Shown here: piece by piece, positions 1 to 11,600 of the stretch
Numbering within the stretch: the first letter of the stretch is position 1
How the letters are laid out: each line of letters starts with the position of its first letter
NCBI GenBank assembly: GCA_001643675.2
Contig: LSRY02000003.1
Span: 1,860,001 to 1,924,000, forward strand
From: Monocercomonoides exilis PA203
Taxonomy: Eukaryota; Protista; Preaxostyla
DNA: 64,000 bases
Reading direction: 5' to 3'
Position numbers and translations under genes: made by a program
Notes under the pieces: model-generated
Seen by the model: the letters and a program-made list of their open reading frames with translations, nothing else
Told to the model about the DNA's origin: nothing
Databases searched by the model: none

Positions 1-1560
1 TAGTATTTTCGCTAAATGAACAATAACACTGTTCAAAAAATGTTGAAAAAATATCAATTTTTTCAATGAATAATCAATAAATATTTTCATCTATTTCAAC
101 TGTGTATAATTTGAACATTATCAGCAATCATCATTTTGCATAGGATTGAAAATATGACTTAATGATTTGAAGCAAAATCAATCTTTTTTATATTTTTTTC
201 TCTAATTTCATCTTTATTAGGTTTCATCAAATTGTAGTTATTGACAATTTATTTCAAAATGAGATTAACACTTTTTCGTTGCAAGCTGATAAATATTTAA
301 TACATTCTTGAAAGATGAAATACATAAAAGTGAACTTTATCATTTATGACTCAGATAGCATAAATTTTGGAAAGAGTTATCTTTAACAATAAGTTTGAAT
401 TGATCTTTTTAAAAGAAGATAATTTGTTATTTTTAGGTCAAATAATTACATAAAACCATTCAAGTTGTACGTTTACGCGGATGATACATTTTTTGAAAAC
501 AGCGCTTTTAATCTGGAACGTTCATTTTATCCTTTTATCACAGAAATGATCTACATGTTAAGAGAATCTTATGATGAAAAATCTTGAACCTGTGCGATTA
601 AAAAAGTGAATATGTTTTGCTTTTTTTATATAAAAAACGAATAAAGGAGAATTCAAAGGTCTGAGAAAATTCTTTTGGAAAATTATAATTCGTTCAATTA
701 TTAAATGATTCATATCTGCAATAACAAAAATTCGTTCTCAACAATTTGGCTTCTAGAACATTTGTTCATTTCAACAGAATAAGAAATGAAGAAAATCAAC
801 AAACTTTCGTTTCTTCAAACATTCATTCTGAGCTTGAACATATCTCTATACGTTTGTATTTGAGATTCATTTTCTTTCTCTTTTTTGTTAAAAGGTTGAC
901 TGATTTAGTTAGACTACAGGATCATTTTAAGAAATGAAGCAGAATTAGATTGAATGAGCTGTCATATCGAAGTTGAGTTTTAAATGCTAACCATTTGTGA
1001 GCAATAAGGCAAAAAGATCAAGAATAGATGAATTTGACAAAATAAATTTAACGTTTGTCAATATTCGTTTATTTCGATTGTATTTAGAAACTAAATATTT
1101 AGTTTTCTTTCAATATCGCATTGGCAGACAATTTTCAAAATTTGAAACAATTCAGCAAACGTTTTTTTGAAAATGAGAATAACGATTTTCGAAATATGAA
1201 TTTGATTCAATGATTTGAATTTTGTAAAACAAATAATATTGAATGTTTTGGATAAAAAAACAAAATAAATATCAAATGTTTGTCAAGAAACAGTTCTTTA
1301 TTAGAATTTTTATATTTTTTGAAATATGATAAAAAAAAGTTCAGACACTTCAAATATGAAATATCATTTTTCTTTCTTCAGTTTTTGAAATCAAACAGAT
1401 GAAACATAAAAAAATTATTGTTAAAAATATAAAATTTTTGTTGTTGAAAAAAAGAAAGAATATCAAAATTTTTGAATCAAAAATGAAACATATGCCGACA
1501 TATGCATTTTTCAAAAAAAATTTTAAAATATCAATAAATAAGTTGGTAAACTTAATTTTT

Positions 1561-1768
1561 AAAAGCATTTTGAGTGTCTGCCCTGGGAGGCCGATTCTGG
1601 ACCCAAAGCCTTCAAGAAACTGCATTGGACCGGTCACAATGCAGTTTCAGGACGGAATCGACCTTGCCCTTCATTTTGACATTAAAGTCAAAAATCTGGG
1701 TACTCCAAAACATGTGAATTAGTCCACATCATTTGGAGCTTGAGCAACAGACATATTCAAAAGCTTTT
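1561..1768 (-). ncRNA. Putative structured RNA (~200 nt, multi-stem with pseudoknot) immediately 3' of the USP-transposase gene
   Basis: GC-richer island in AT-rich DNA. Helices (plus coordinates): 1575-1580/1748-1753, extended by 1561-1573/1757-1768; 1588-1597/1655-1664; 1616-1627/1637-1648 (12 bp perfect); 1664-1669/1742-1747; 1674-1680/1687-1693; 1702-1717/1724-1739; crossing pair 1601-1607/1695-1701. Five plus-strand A-C mismatches become G-U pairs on the minus strand. Confidence 0.6.
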
Positions 1769-1824
1769 AAAAATTAATGTTCGCAACTCCGACAAACAAA
1801 GACAACCAGAAAAATAATAAAAAA

Positions 1825-2667
1825 TCATTCAAATTGAAAACTTGTTAATTTTTTCCTTTCGTTAAATAATTTATATGTGAAATTTCCAATTTCATTTGAT
1901 CTTGAAAGGAAATTCTTTTTTTGAAAACACTTTTTTGGACGTTCATCTCGAGCTCTTGCCTCCTTGAATGTTGCTTTGAATTGACCAATCGAGTTTGGGG
2001 GTGATGCAACAGAACGAAACACTTCTTTTCCCCGCTTCTCGTAAAATAAATATGTTTTCATTGAATTAACTTCCATTTTTCTCCAAAGAATTCTGCTTGA
2101 AGCATTATACCTTAAAATTATTAAATAAAAAAAAATTCCGAAAAAGTTTAAGAAAATCAAAATGAAAAATAAAAGACAGAAAAAATCACTCTTTAAAAAA
2201 TATCGAAATATGTCACTGCTTTTGTCTAATGAGTTTATTCGGATATTTTTTGCTTTTTCACATGAAAGATTGAAAAAATTAATCAATTCTTCGATGTTTG
2301 TAATCACAGTATCATCATCTAAATAGTTGTTGATGTAGTGTGTGAGGCAACCAAACTCTCCATCGCATTCGCTCTTTCCATGTCTCTCACAAAAAAACGA
2401 CAACGTAGTTTTTTTTCCTTTGGCGAATGAAGAGTTATCTGATAATAGAAAATGAAGCAGTTGCGAATTTCTGAAATGCGTACCAGTATCACACATAAAG
2501 TGAAACCTCTTCTTATTAAAAAATATATCATCATCCAACACTTGCTTTAAACATTCAATAGCAAAACGATAATCGTGAGATAGGTTGGAGGAGAAAAAGT
2601 TGAATACGTGTTTTTTTCTCACTCCTCGATCATCTGACACGAAGGCAATCACGCAAAATTGGGACAC
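1825..2667 (-). CDS. C-terminal catalytic half of the DDD transposase (RNase H-like fold)
   Basis: HD, FxCDTGxHFRN and FFxxxHGKSxCDGxFG motifs typical of Sola-like transposases; the Phe/Leu-rich stretch at ~2190-2111 is probably an intron read through in frame. Confidence 0.7.
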   Translation of the reverse strand: MSQFCVIAFVSDDRGVRKKHVFNFFSSNLSHDYRFAIECLKQVLDDDIFFNKKRFHFMCDTGTHFRNSQLLHFLLSDNSSFAKGKKTTLSFFCERHGKSECDGEFGCLTHYINNYLDDDTVITNIEELINFFNLSCEKAKNIRINSLDKSSDIFRYFLKSDFFCLLFFILIFLNFFGIFFYLIILRYNASSRILWRKMEVNSMKTYLFYEKRGKEVFRSVASPPNSIGQFKATFKEARARDERPKKCFQKKNFLSRSNEIGNFTYKLFNERKKLTSFQFE

Positions 2668-2727
2668 CTCTTCTTTTTCGTAAAAATCCTTCGATATTTG
2701 ATTTCTTCTTATCGGTAATTGTCAGTT

Positions 2728-4962
2728 TTACTTAAAATCAAATAGAATAAGCACTTCATTTCGTTCTAGAGAACTTTTCAAATATTTGAAATGCTTTTGC
2801 TGATTATCTGCTAGTTGCCTGTGATGTTCAAGCAGTTCGAGAGTAATTTTCTCGTTTTCGTTCAAATCTTCTTGGTTGATGATAAGTTGTTTTTGTCGTT
2901 TCTTCAGAAATAAGTGATGATTACATAGGTTGCAAACGTCTGTTCTGCGTTTTGCTCTCTTAAGATGACGTGTCATTTTGTAAAATGTACTTTTTGACAT
3001 CTTCAGATTTGTTGTTTTTGTTAACTTATCGTATAATTCAGCCTTTGTAGCATTAATTAACCTTGGTGGGGTTTTTAAACAATTCTGATGTGAAGATTTT
3101 GAATAATTATATTTTGACGTTTGATGACTATAATGTTGAGATTTGTTGCAGTCATCCTTGCATGTTGAATGTGAAGGAAAAACATTTCTATGTGGATAAA
3201 TTGATTTCGATTCAATGTGTTTGATGTTTTCTGTATCTGAATGTTCCTTTTTCCTGCATTGAAGTGGCTTTTTGCATAATGAATTTCCAATATCTTTATC
3301 AAATAAAAACATTGAAGTTTTCATTTCATCTGAAATACAGTCGTCGATTTCAGTTCCTTCATGAGTGTTTTCATTTCTTTTGAGAAAAGGTGGATTTGAG
3401 CCTTCCAAATAAAGAGCTGGCTTGGAGATCTTCAAAAAGCCACAGCTTGTTGTTGGTTGTTTCATTTTCGCATTGGGTTCTCTACAATATGAAGTGTTGA
3501 ATTTTGAATCAAAGACTTTGTTGCGAATATTCAAATTTTGATTAACTTGCAAATGAAACATCGATGAATCAGCTTTTGATTCAACATTTGTGGAATTTCT
3601 GTTTTCACATAGAGATATAGATGATGTACCACAAATGCAAGCTGTTGAGTGAAATGAATCCATTTTGTTTTCACAAAATGTTGGTGAAATGAGAGATGAT
3701 AAATGTGTGTGTGTATCGTTGGATACATGTGATATGTTTGTATCAGTTTGATTATCAACAGTTGAACAATTTTGTGATATTGTTGATTGAAATGAATCTA
3801 TGTTATTTCCTGAATTATTACATTTTGTTGATAAGCTTTGTTGATTTGGTGGTAAAGAACATAAATTGGGTGAAATGGGATATGTAAGAAAACCAGTATT
3901 GAATGAATCATTTAATTTGTATATTGATAAGAGAGGAAATGATTTTCCTTTCAAATGATTTTTATTATAAGAGTTCAAATTGTCGTTTATTTCTGTGATG
4001 CTTTCATCATCACATCGAATCCAATTTGTGTTTTCTTCGAAGATACTTGAGTTGTTCAATACTTTACATATTGAAAAGAAATGTCCATTGTCTGTTGATC
4101 CAGAATGAAAAAGTTGGGCAACAAGTGAATAGATATGAGCTCCAACATTTGGCGTTTCACTGACATTCCAAACTCCATTTTTTGTTGAAAAAGAAATTGT
4201 TTCATAAACATTTTGCGTTATAGAATGTTTGGCTTTTGTTTTCTCGAGAGAAATTGATAGAAAATTCGGAAATTTAGATATGTTCAAAACGGATAATTGA
4301 CGTGTGATATTACAACAACATTCACAATAGGCTTCTTTATTGTTTATGTTTTTATTTGAATACGAAAATGATTCATTGAATGCTGTTATCAAATCATCTC
4401 CTTGAAGCCTGATTATCGGTGATTGTTCAGTTGCACCTATTGATACACAATCACAATTTGTGCATTTTCTCGGGAAGCTTACAGAAGTCATCATTTCATT
4501 TGATATGATTGGAATGCAAGATGAGATATCACTGAAAAGACTAAGAAAAGAATTGTAGAACTCCTGTTGATTTCTTTTCTCAAGGTGATGTTTCCCCTCC
4601 CATTTGTCTATGAACAAGTTTGTCCATGATGAATTTCTGAATGATCCGTTTTTTTCTGTTCCTAAAGTTTGAGGCACTATCAAATCGCATAAATATTTGT
4701 CAAAAGAAGAAAGCCTTCCTTTCCTCACATTGTTGTTACTCATTCGAATTATTATTGTCCGAAATATCTGAATTAACGAAGCCAAATAACACGTATTTCC
4801 GAAATTTTGAAGAGGTGAAAACGGAATAGGTGCTGAATTACAATTGTGACAATTTGTGACCCGATTATCTGATGGCTTGTGAAACTGAATGTTAGTTTGT
4901 TTTTGAACATTTGTTGGAAAATCTTCAGAAATTGACTCCTCCATATCATCATCGATTTCCAT
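2728..4962 (-). CDS. USP (peptidase C19) domain plus N-terminal transposase region (CxxC..H motif, first catalytic Asp)
   Basis: GNTCY Cys box, CxxC pairs, GHF His box and WxxCDD, followed by LY..L...MSKSTFYK..KRRTDVCNLC and a terminal ILFDFK. Confidence 0.75.
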   Translation of the reverse strand: MEIDDDMEESISEDFPTNVQKQTNIQFHKPSDNRVTNCHNCNSAPIPFSPLQNFGNTCYLASLIQIFRTIIIRMSNNNVRKGRLSSFDKYLCDLIVPQTLGTEKNGSFRNSSWTNLFIDKWEGKHHLEKRNQQEFYNSFLSLFSDISSCIPIISNEMMTSVSFPRKCTNCDCVSIGATEQSPIIRLQGDDLITAFNESFSYSNKNINNKEAYCECCCNITRQLSVLNISKFPNFLSISLEKTKAKHSITQNVYETISFSTKNGVWNVSETPNVGAHIYSLVAQLFHSGSTDNGHFFSICKVLNNSSIFEENTNWIRCDDESITEINDNLNSYNKNHLKGKSFPLLSIYKLNDSFNTGFLTYPISPNLCSLPPNQQSLSTKCNNSGNNIDSFQSTISQNCSTVDNQTDTNISHVSNDTHTHLSSLISPTFCENKMDSFHSTACICGTSSISLCENRNSTNVESKADSSMFHLQVNQNLNIRNKVFDSKFNTSYCREPNAKMKQPTTSCGFLKISKPALYLEGSNPPFLKRNENTHEGTEIDDCISDEMKTSMFLFDKDIGNSLCKKPLQCRKKEHSDTENIKHIESKSIYPHRNVFPSHSTCKDDCNKSQHYSHQTSKYNYSKSSHQNCLKTPPRLINATKAELYDKLTKTTNLKMSKSTFYKMTRHLKRAKRRTDVCNLCNHHLFLKKRQKQLIINQEDLNENEKITLELLEHHRQLADNQQKHFKYLKSSLERNEVLILFDFK

Positions 4963-6992
4963 CTTTGAACTAGAAAAATCATTCAGTTCAACTTCTCACA
5001 TATCAAACCAGTCATCAGTATTTGAATCGCTGCATTGTTCGATACATGATTGTTGGATATTTGAATCCTGGAATTCACAAATTGAATCTGAAATGTTGAT
5101 TTCATTTTCGATAATATCCATAGCTCCATGTTCAGGTTCATCAATAGTATCCATATCTGATATAAAAATACTCGAATCATTTTCTTCTGTAAAGTAATTT
5201 TTCAAAGGATCAATGTCCTCTTCCATTTGGCTGTCACAATTAATAATAGTGAAATCATCATCATAGAATAAAGTTTTCTCTAAATAGAAAATAATTGTTC
5301 AAGATAACACCCAAAAAGATAAACACGAATAAAGGATATTCAACAAAGTTTTGATTGATAAGATAATAGAAAATACGTTTTTTGTTTGTCAATAACAGAC
5401 GAGATTCCTTGCTTGATTCTGTTGAATTTTCCGTAAGAAAATTATTGAATATGTTATAATCATCTTTGCTAAGTTCTCGATAATACAATCAAAAATAAAT
5501 TTCATAGAAAACATAAAACAAAAAAAAATGAACAAACTTCTTTTCGAAGGTGGAACAGGAGGCTTATTGGTGAATTCAAAGTCAAAATTTGTGGGTGAAC
5601 TGTTCTTTTTGGCATGATTGTAGTTTCCTTGCGAACACTGGAAGCCACAATCATGAAGCTGTCTTAAACTGAATTCGTTGCACACACACTTTAGCAATGA
5701 AACTTTTGCGTGTTTATTTTGCTCCGAATTGTAAGCTGATGCAATTCGCAACAGGACGTACCTGCTTTTTTCTCAAAAAATATCGTTTCAAAATAACAAA
5801 TATTTAAATAATGAAAACTGGCTTGATACAAACCATTGAATATGCTTTGGATATCTGAAAACAATTCTTTCCCCTTGTTTGTGTGCAAAAACATATGTTT
5901 GATCATAGTTGCTTCGTCGTATCCGGATTTGGTGACCAGAAAGTTCCATGCTTCTGTGCACTTTTCGCTCTTCCGAGAATTTGACAAATGAGAAAATTTT
6001 TTTTGCTCCATGTTTCAAAATTAATTCTATTTCTACTCGCAATTTTCAAGATCATTCAATGGGATGATCAAAACACTCCATAATTTTCGATAATTAATTA
6101 TTTTGTATTTCAATTTTATCTATTTGCTTTGCTGATTGAGAGTTTCAACAAAAGAAGGATGATTCTATCCATTCCGTTTGCATGAAGGGAAACAACTTAA
6201 CTCTTGTTGTGTTCAATAATCAATTATAAAGAAATAAAATATGAAAAACAAATTCAATTGTTTTTGAATATAAACAGTTTTGAATTTTGCTTTTTGATAC
6301 GTGTTAATCTCTCAAACTAATTATTTACATATTATCATTGTGGCTTCTGCTTAAAAAACGATATTCAAAGTTCCAATCATGAACGAAAATTTCAATTATT
6401 CTTCAAATGTTTTCATTTTCATATTCAAATTATTTGAATCTTCTTTTAATTCTTCTTCTTCACAGATTGAACTTAGCACAACCTTTTTCAAGAAATCCGA
6501 CTTGCGAATTGATGCTCTTCTCTTCCAGATTGAAGTTGATCTGTAAGAAAGGTCAAAATAAAGGTAAATTTGTCTTGAAAAAATCAGTATAGCCTTTATT
6601 TTGCCTATTTTTCAAAATAATGCTATTATTTCAAATTTTCAGCTGCTTGATATTTCTCTGAAGATGCTTGTTAGCAACTGACTGACATTCTCCATTGATA
6701 AAGAAGTGGGGAACTGTGTAGAGAAATTCAATGTGAAGACTTTGGATACTAGGAATGGAATACAAAGAACGTGGTAGAAGCATTTGAACAAGGACGAAAA
6801 TGCAATTCCAATTAGGAGCCTGAATCGAAATCCATATTATTTTCTTCATCTTCATCTTCTTCCTCCTTCAACTCCCAGTCAACTTTTTCCTCTTTCAATT
6901 GTTGTTATCTAATTTTATGAATCAACTGAATTGTTTCAAACCTTCTTTGGGCTGATAACCGTTTCAACAGGTATGACCAGTGCATTCATCCC

Positions 6993-7946
6993 TTGAAACA
7001 CGCTTTGAAGCTGCACTCTTTCATTGCCAACTGTACACTCACACATATTCTGTCTGAACAGCCAAGGGTGAAGACGCTGTTTGTGCATAAAGTCGAAGGA
7101 ATCGGAGTGTGGTGCGACCCGGCGCTACTGGAGAGGCATTGGAAGGGAGGAAGAGTTGTGGACTTTGAGGTGATGGAGAGAGGAGTGGAAGACAAAGGGT
7201 GCTTTTGGGGGAGAGTGGAGACAACAGGCGGAGAGGAAACGAATGCAGAAACAGTGGCTGAGGCTGAAGAAGAGAATGGAGAAAGAGAGAAATGAAAGCT
7301 ATTGGATGAGATATAAAGTGAGACTTGCAAATCCAAAATTTTTTAAAGCGAAAGAAAAGTATCAACGGAATGTGATGAAAGCAAGAAATCTTCAAACATA
7401 TCTCAGTCAGAGCTTCCAGACAGCGCTCATTCAGCAGCTGATTCAGCGATGCTGTGCCTTCTTGGCGAGCACATGTTGAGTGAGGAAGAGAAATGGAGGC
7501 TCCGCTTTGTGGCAACAGGAGCCATGTGGATCGATGAGGATGGGCTGCTGTCGCTGTTTGGGCTGACCAGAAGGGACATTCTGAAGCAGAATGAAGCGAA
7601 TATTGATGAAGTGAAAAGAGAACACAAAACAACAAAAGAACCCCACAACTCTTCTTCTGAAGCAATATCACAAGGCAAACAAAGCTATTTGCTGTCCAAA
7701 TGCAATGAAACAACAGAAAATGAACAAAACATTATTTCTTGTACAGAAACACATCAAGAAAACCACAATCCCTTCACCTTTGCTGCGTTCTCATCCAACG
7801 AGCATCAAGCACTTCCGCACTGCTTCTCTAACTCCCCTCTTTTCACTCCTTCCTCACTCTGCTGCTCACCCGTGTCTTCATCAAGCAGGTGCACAGCACG
7901 AAAGACAACACTGGCGAGAAGAATCGCATTCGACTGCTCAGAATAA
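6993..7946 (+). pseudogene. Fragmented hypothetical gene
   Basis: Successive protein-like ORFs (6993-7295, 7449-7946) broken by stops; no recognisable domain. Confidence 0.35.
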
Positions 7947-8675
7947 CAATTTCTTCTCATACATAACTCACGTCGACAGGAAAACGTACTTCAAATAAAA
8001 CCTGAAAGATTTTCCTGATCGCATTGCTAACAGAAAAAGAACAACTTTTTTTACAGATGAGTTCGAAATAAATTGTTCATTGAAATGAGCTTGAAGGAAA
8101 AAGACAATGCAGACTCCAGGAAAGATAAAGCTAGCAGTTTTCATGTGAACGAGTGCTTCCTTTTTGAAAAAGACTGATTAAGACAATTATATTTGTTAGA
8201 ATTTTCTTGTTCAAATCATGAATTTTTCGTGTTTTTTTGTTAATAATAACTATTTGATCAAGAAGAGTGGTCATTAATCTTCAATGGAAAACATGCACTA
8301 TTAACATCCAAAAAAATGTCGAAACTTTTGAGGAAAACATGTTGCCCATGAAAAAACAAAAAAAATTTTTTTTCTGAAAAAATAGAAACTTCTGGATTAA
8401 TGAACGGACAGTGTTGGAACCGTTGCTCCAAGAGGAGAAACATGAAAAAAAAGAAATAGATAAAAATGAAAATGAAGGTGAAGTTGAAGAAGAAGATAAA
8501 GATGAAAAAGCAGATAAAATGAGAATAATAATTTCGATAATAAAAATAATTGAAAAATAAAAAATTAATTAAAATGATAACAAAAACAGTCATTAATTTA
8601 TTTCTCTTTCTCTTTCACTTTTTCTCCAAAATCTCACATCGACTAATGTGCCTTCACAAGATGCTACCATTTTTA

Positions 8676-11600
8676 TCACCGAATCTCCACCCTCTGCATC
8701 ATTATAATAAGCGATGACATCAACAGCAACTCTTTAATCTCTCTCTTTGCTGTGAACAGCTGCATAAACAGCGTTGAAACAGGAGGCACCGACACAAAAG
8801 CTGTGAAGTTTCCTCCACTGACGACGATTATTGAAGTACATGCGTTGAATCCATCTCCTGAGCAGCCATTGGAAATGTTGGCATTGAAGAATAAAAAAGA
8901 AAAAGGAGGAGTTGTGTTCCTGTTTAGCCTTTCATTTTCCACTGGATCCTCCATCATCTGTGCTGTATTTGCCTCCTCGTTCAGCATACACAATCTTAAA
9001 GCAGGGTGATGTTGCGCATCACCTCCTCTTCCTACCTTTCCTTCACCACCTTGTCCAGAGAGTGCCTCAGTCAAACATCTTTCCTCTTCCACACCGCCTC
9101 CAGCGTCTGGTGCCCTATCCTCAATCGGAAGAACACATACATCTCTCCGACTCCAATTGACTGCAGCGCAAACAACCGCTGCGCCACTCAGTCCAGCGAG
9201 CACAGCATCAGCATAAGATAATTCAGCCGCCTTCTGAACAGCACTTTCACCAGCCGCGACTGCTTAAACATCTCAATCTCGATGTTCTCCTCCTCCACAA
9301 CGTCCACCCGGTTGATAGCCCTGTTCAGCTGCTCCTTCAACACCGTCACTAGATCCGTCATCAACTTCTGCATCGGCTGCACCACCACTTTCTTCGCACT
9401 GTCCACAAACCTCTTCACAATTTTTTTGCAAAATGCTCCCACTTTGTGAGAACGTTCGCAGCAGGGAGTATTCCATGTGCAAGGAGCTATTTGCAAGCGA
9501 TGCAACACCCAGGGAAGCAGGGAGGGTACTATGAGTGGAGTAAGGGAGAGCGGAGGAGGAAGAATAAGAAGAAGAGGAAGAATAAGAAAAAGAAGAAGAA
9601 GAAGAAGAAGAAGAGGAAGATGATGATGTAGATTGATGAAATGGTGAATGGGAAAAAGTGGAAGAAGAAGGAAAAAAAGAAAAAGAAGTATTTGAAAAAG
9701 AATTAGAATTATATGTATTTGAATAAGAAGAAGAAGGAGGAGGAGGAGGAGGAGGATGAAAAGAAGAAGAAGAAGCAATTAAATTAGAAGAAGAAGCAGA
9801 AGCAGAAGAAGCAGAAGAAGAGAAGAAAACAGGAGCAAGTGGAGAAGGTTTGAATGCAGTGCGGGACAAACCAGCTTCTTTCGCATAGTCAAAAGCAGCT
9901 GCCTCGAATTTTGCTCTTCTTTTCATTGCTTTTTTTCTCCTCCTCTCCAAATCCCATGCAAACTCATCATCATCATCATCATCTTCTTCTTCTTCTTCTT
10001 CTTCTTCTTCTTCTTCTTCTTCTCTTTTTTTCTCTTTCTCTTCTTCTTTCTCGTTTTCCTATTCTTCCGCATATTCTTTTTCTTCTTTCTCCTTTTTTTT
10101 CTTTTTCTTTTTCCATTCCTTCTTCTTCTTCTTCATTCCCCTTCCTTTTCTCATTTTCTTCCTTTTTCTTTATTCTTCCTTCTCTTCTTTCTCTTTCTCT
10201 TTCTCTCTCTTCTCCCTCTCTTTCTCTTTCTCCTCCTTCTCCCTTTTCCTCCTCCTCTTCTCCTCTTTCTTCTTCTCCTTCTCCCTTCTCCTCAATATTT
10301 CTTTGTCTTCCTCTATCACTTTCATCATCTTCTCCTTCTCTCTCTTCAATTGCTCTTTCACTTCATCATATTTCTTTTCTTCCACATTCACACACAAATC
10401 TTCTTCTGCTATTTTTATTTCAAAACTAATATTTCCCTTTCTCTTCTCTTCTTCTTCTTTTCTTTCTCCTCTTTCTACTCTTTCTCTTTCTCTTTCTTCC
10501 TCTTCTTTTCTCTTCTTCCCTTCCTTTCTTCCTTCTTCTCCTCTCCTTCCTTTCAGATATCCATCCAAATATAAATCAAAATTGTATTTCTTTCCATTAA
10601 ACTTTCCTTTCTTTTGTTCTTCTCTTTCTCTCTCTTTCTCTTTCAACTTCGCTTCCTCCTTCATTTTGATAGCCAAGTCAAACAAATCGTCTTCTTCGGG
10701 AAACAAATTCGGCTCTTTTGTACGGAAAGGTGCAATTTCTGTGACAGACACAGGGAGAAGAAGATGTTTGGAGGAAGAAGAAGAAGAAATGGAAGAAGAA
10801 GAAGAGGAAGAAGAAGAAGAAGAGGAGGAGGAGGAGGAGGTTATGGTAGTGGAAGAAGAAGACGAGGGAGAACATGGCTGAGATATTGGATATGAAGAAG
10901 AAGAAGAAGAAAAGAGGATCAAGAAGAAGCAGTTGAGTGCGAAGACAATTCAACGCCGATCGAAGCGCACACTCTGCCCTTCAGCAGGGAGGCTATGTCT
11001 GAGTCCCCGAATACACTCCTCAGCCACGGGTTCGACTTTTTGCTTTCCAAATCCGATTTGAAAGAGAGCAAAAGCAAAACTTCAACTATTGACTCCTTCT
11101 TATTTATCCGAGGCGCGACGATTGTGTTTAAGCCATTTGCCGTGAAGTTCTCTTCATCATTCTCATCGTCCTCTTCATTCCCATTCATCTTGTACTCTTC
11201 TTCATTCACTTCACTTTCCCTCCTTTTCCCCTTATCTTCTCCCTCTTCTCCCTCTTCTCCATCCTCTCCATCCTCTCCATCCTCTCCATCTTCTCCATCT
11301 TCTGCATTCTCCTCCTCCTCTCCTCATCTGTCACACGCTCCGCCACCCGCTTTGTAACCATCTGCCTCTCTGATGGATTCGTCTGACAGTGTTGCAAAGA
11401 TGATGAAACTGCCTGATGGAATAGGCGGAGTTGACGTTGCATCTTCCATTCGACTCTGAAAGCTGATAATGGTGAGTGTGGAGAAGAGGGAATGAAAGAG
11501 AGAAAGCGAAATGATTAATCTTTGCCAAAAAGAGTGAGGTGGAGGAAGAGGAAGTTGAAGAAAGAGGTTGCTTTTTGAAATTATTATGTTTCATTTCAAT

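Larger units (their letters stand above)
1825..6011 (-). pseudogene. Spliced DDD transposase (Sola-like) with an internal USP/peptidase C19 domain; three in-frame stops, no obvious frameshift
   Basis: ATG at 6011; intron 5833-5772 and probable introns near 5535-5480, 5327-5278 and 2190-2111. ORFs 4996-5226, 2728-4962 and 1825-2667 share one frame, separated by TGA (4998-4996) and TAA-AAC-TGA (2730-2722). USP Cys box QNFGNTCYLASLIQ and His box HSGSTDNGHF..WIRCDD; transposase motifs TDVCNLC..H, LFDFK, SHD, MCDTGTHFRN, FFCERHGKSECDGEFG. Confidence 0.75.

Noticed and set aside
1350-1722. ORFs 1350-1637 and 1399-1722
   Set aside because: Mostly AT-rich low-complexity translation overlapping the structured island; no protein motifs.
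1702-1739. SECIS-like element explaining TGA readthrough
   Set aside because: AUGA is present but the opposing GA and proper helix length are missing, and one of the stops is TAA.
2722-2730. Alternative genetic code (TAA=Gln, TGA=Trp)
   Set aside because: Host ORFs of 2900-3600 codons lack internal stops and end in TAA/TAG.
1-6400. TIRs/TSD for the USP-transposase element
   Set aside because: No convincing inverted pair found by eye, so element boundaries are not claimed.
6551-6605. Short inverted repeat GGTCAAAATAAAGG / CCTTTATTTTGCC
   Set aside because: Short, AT-rich, no TSD; may be chance.
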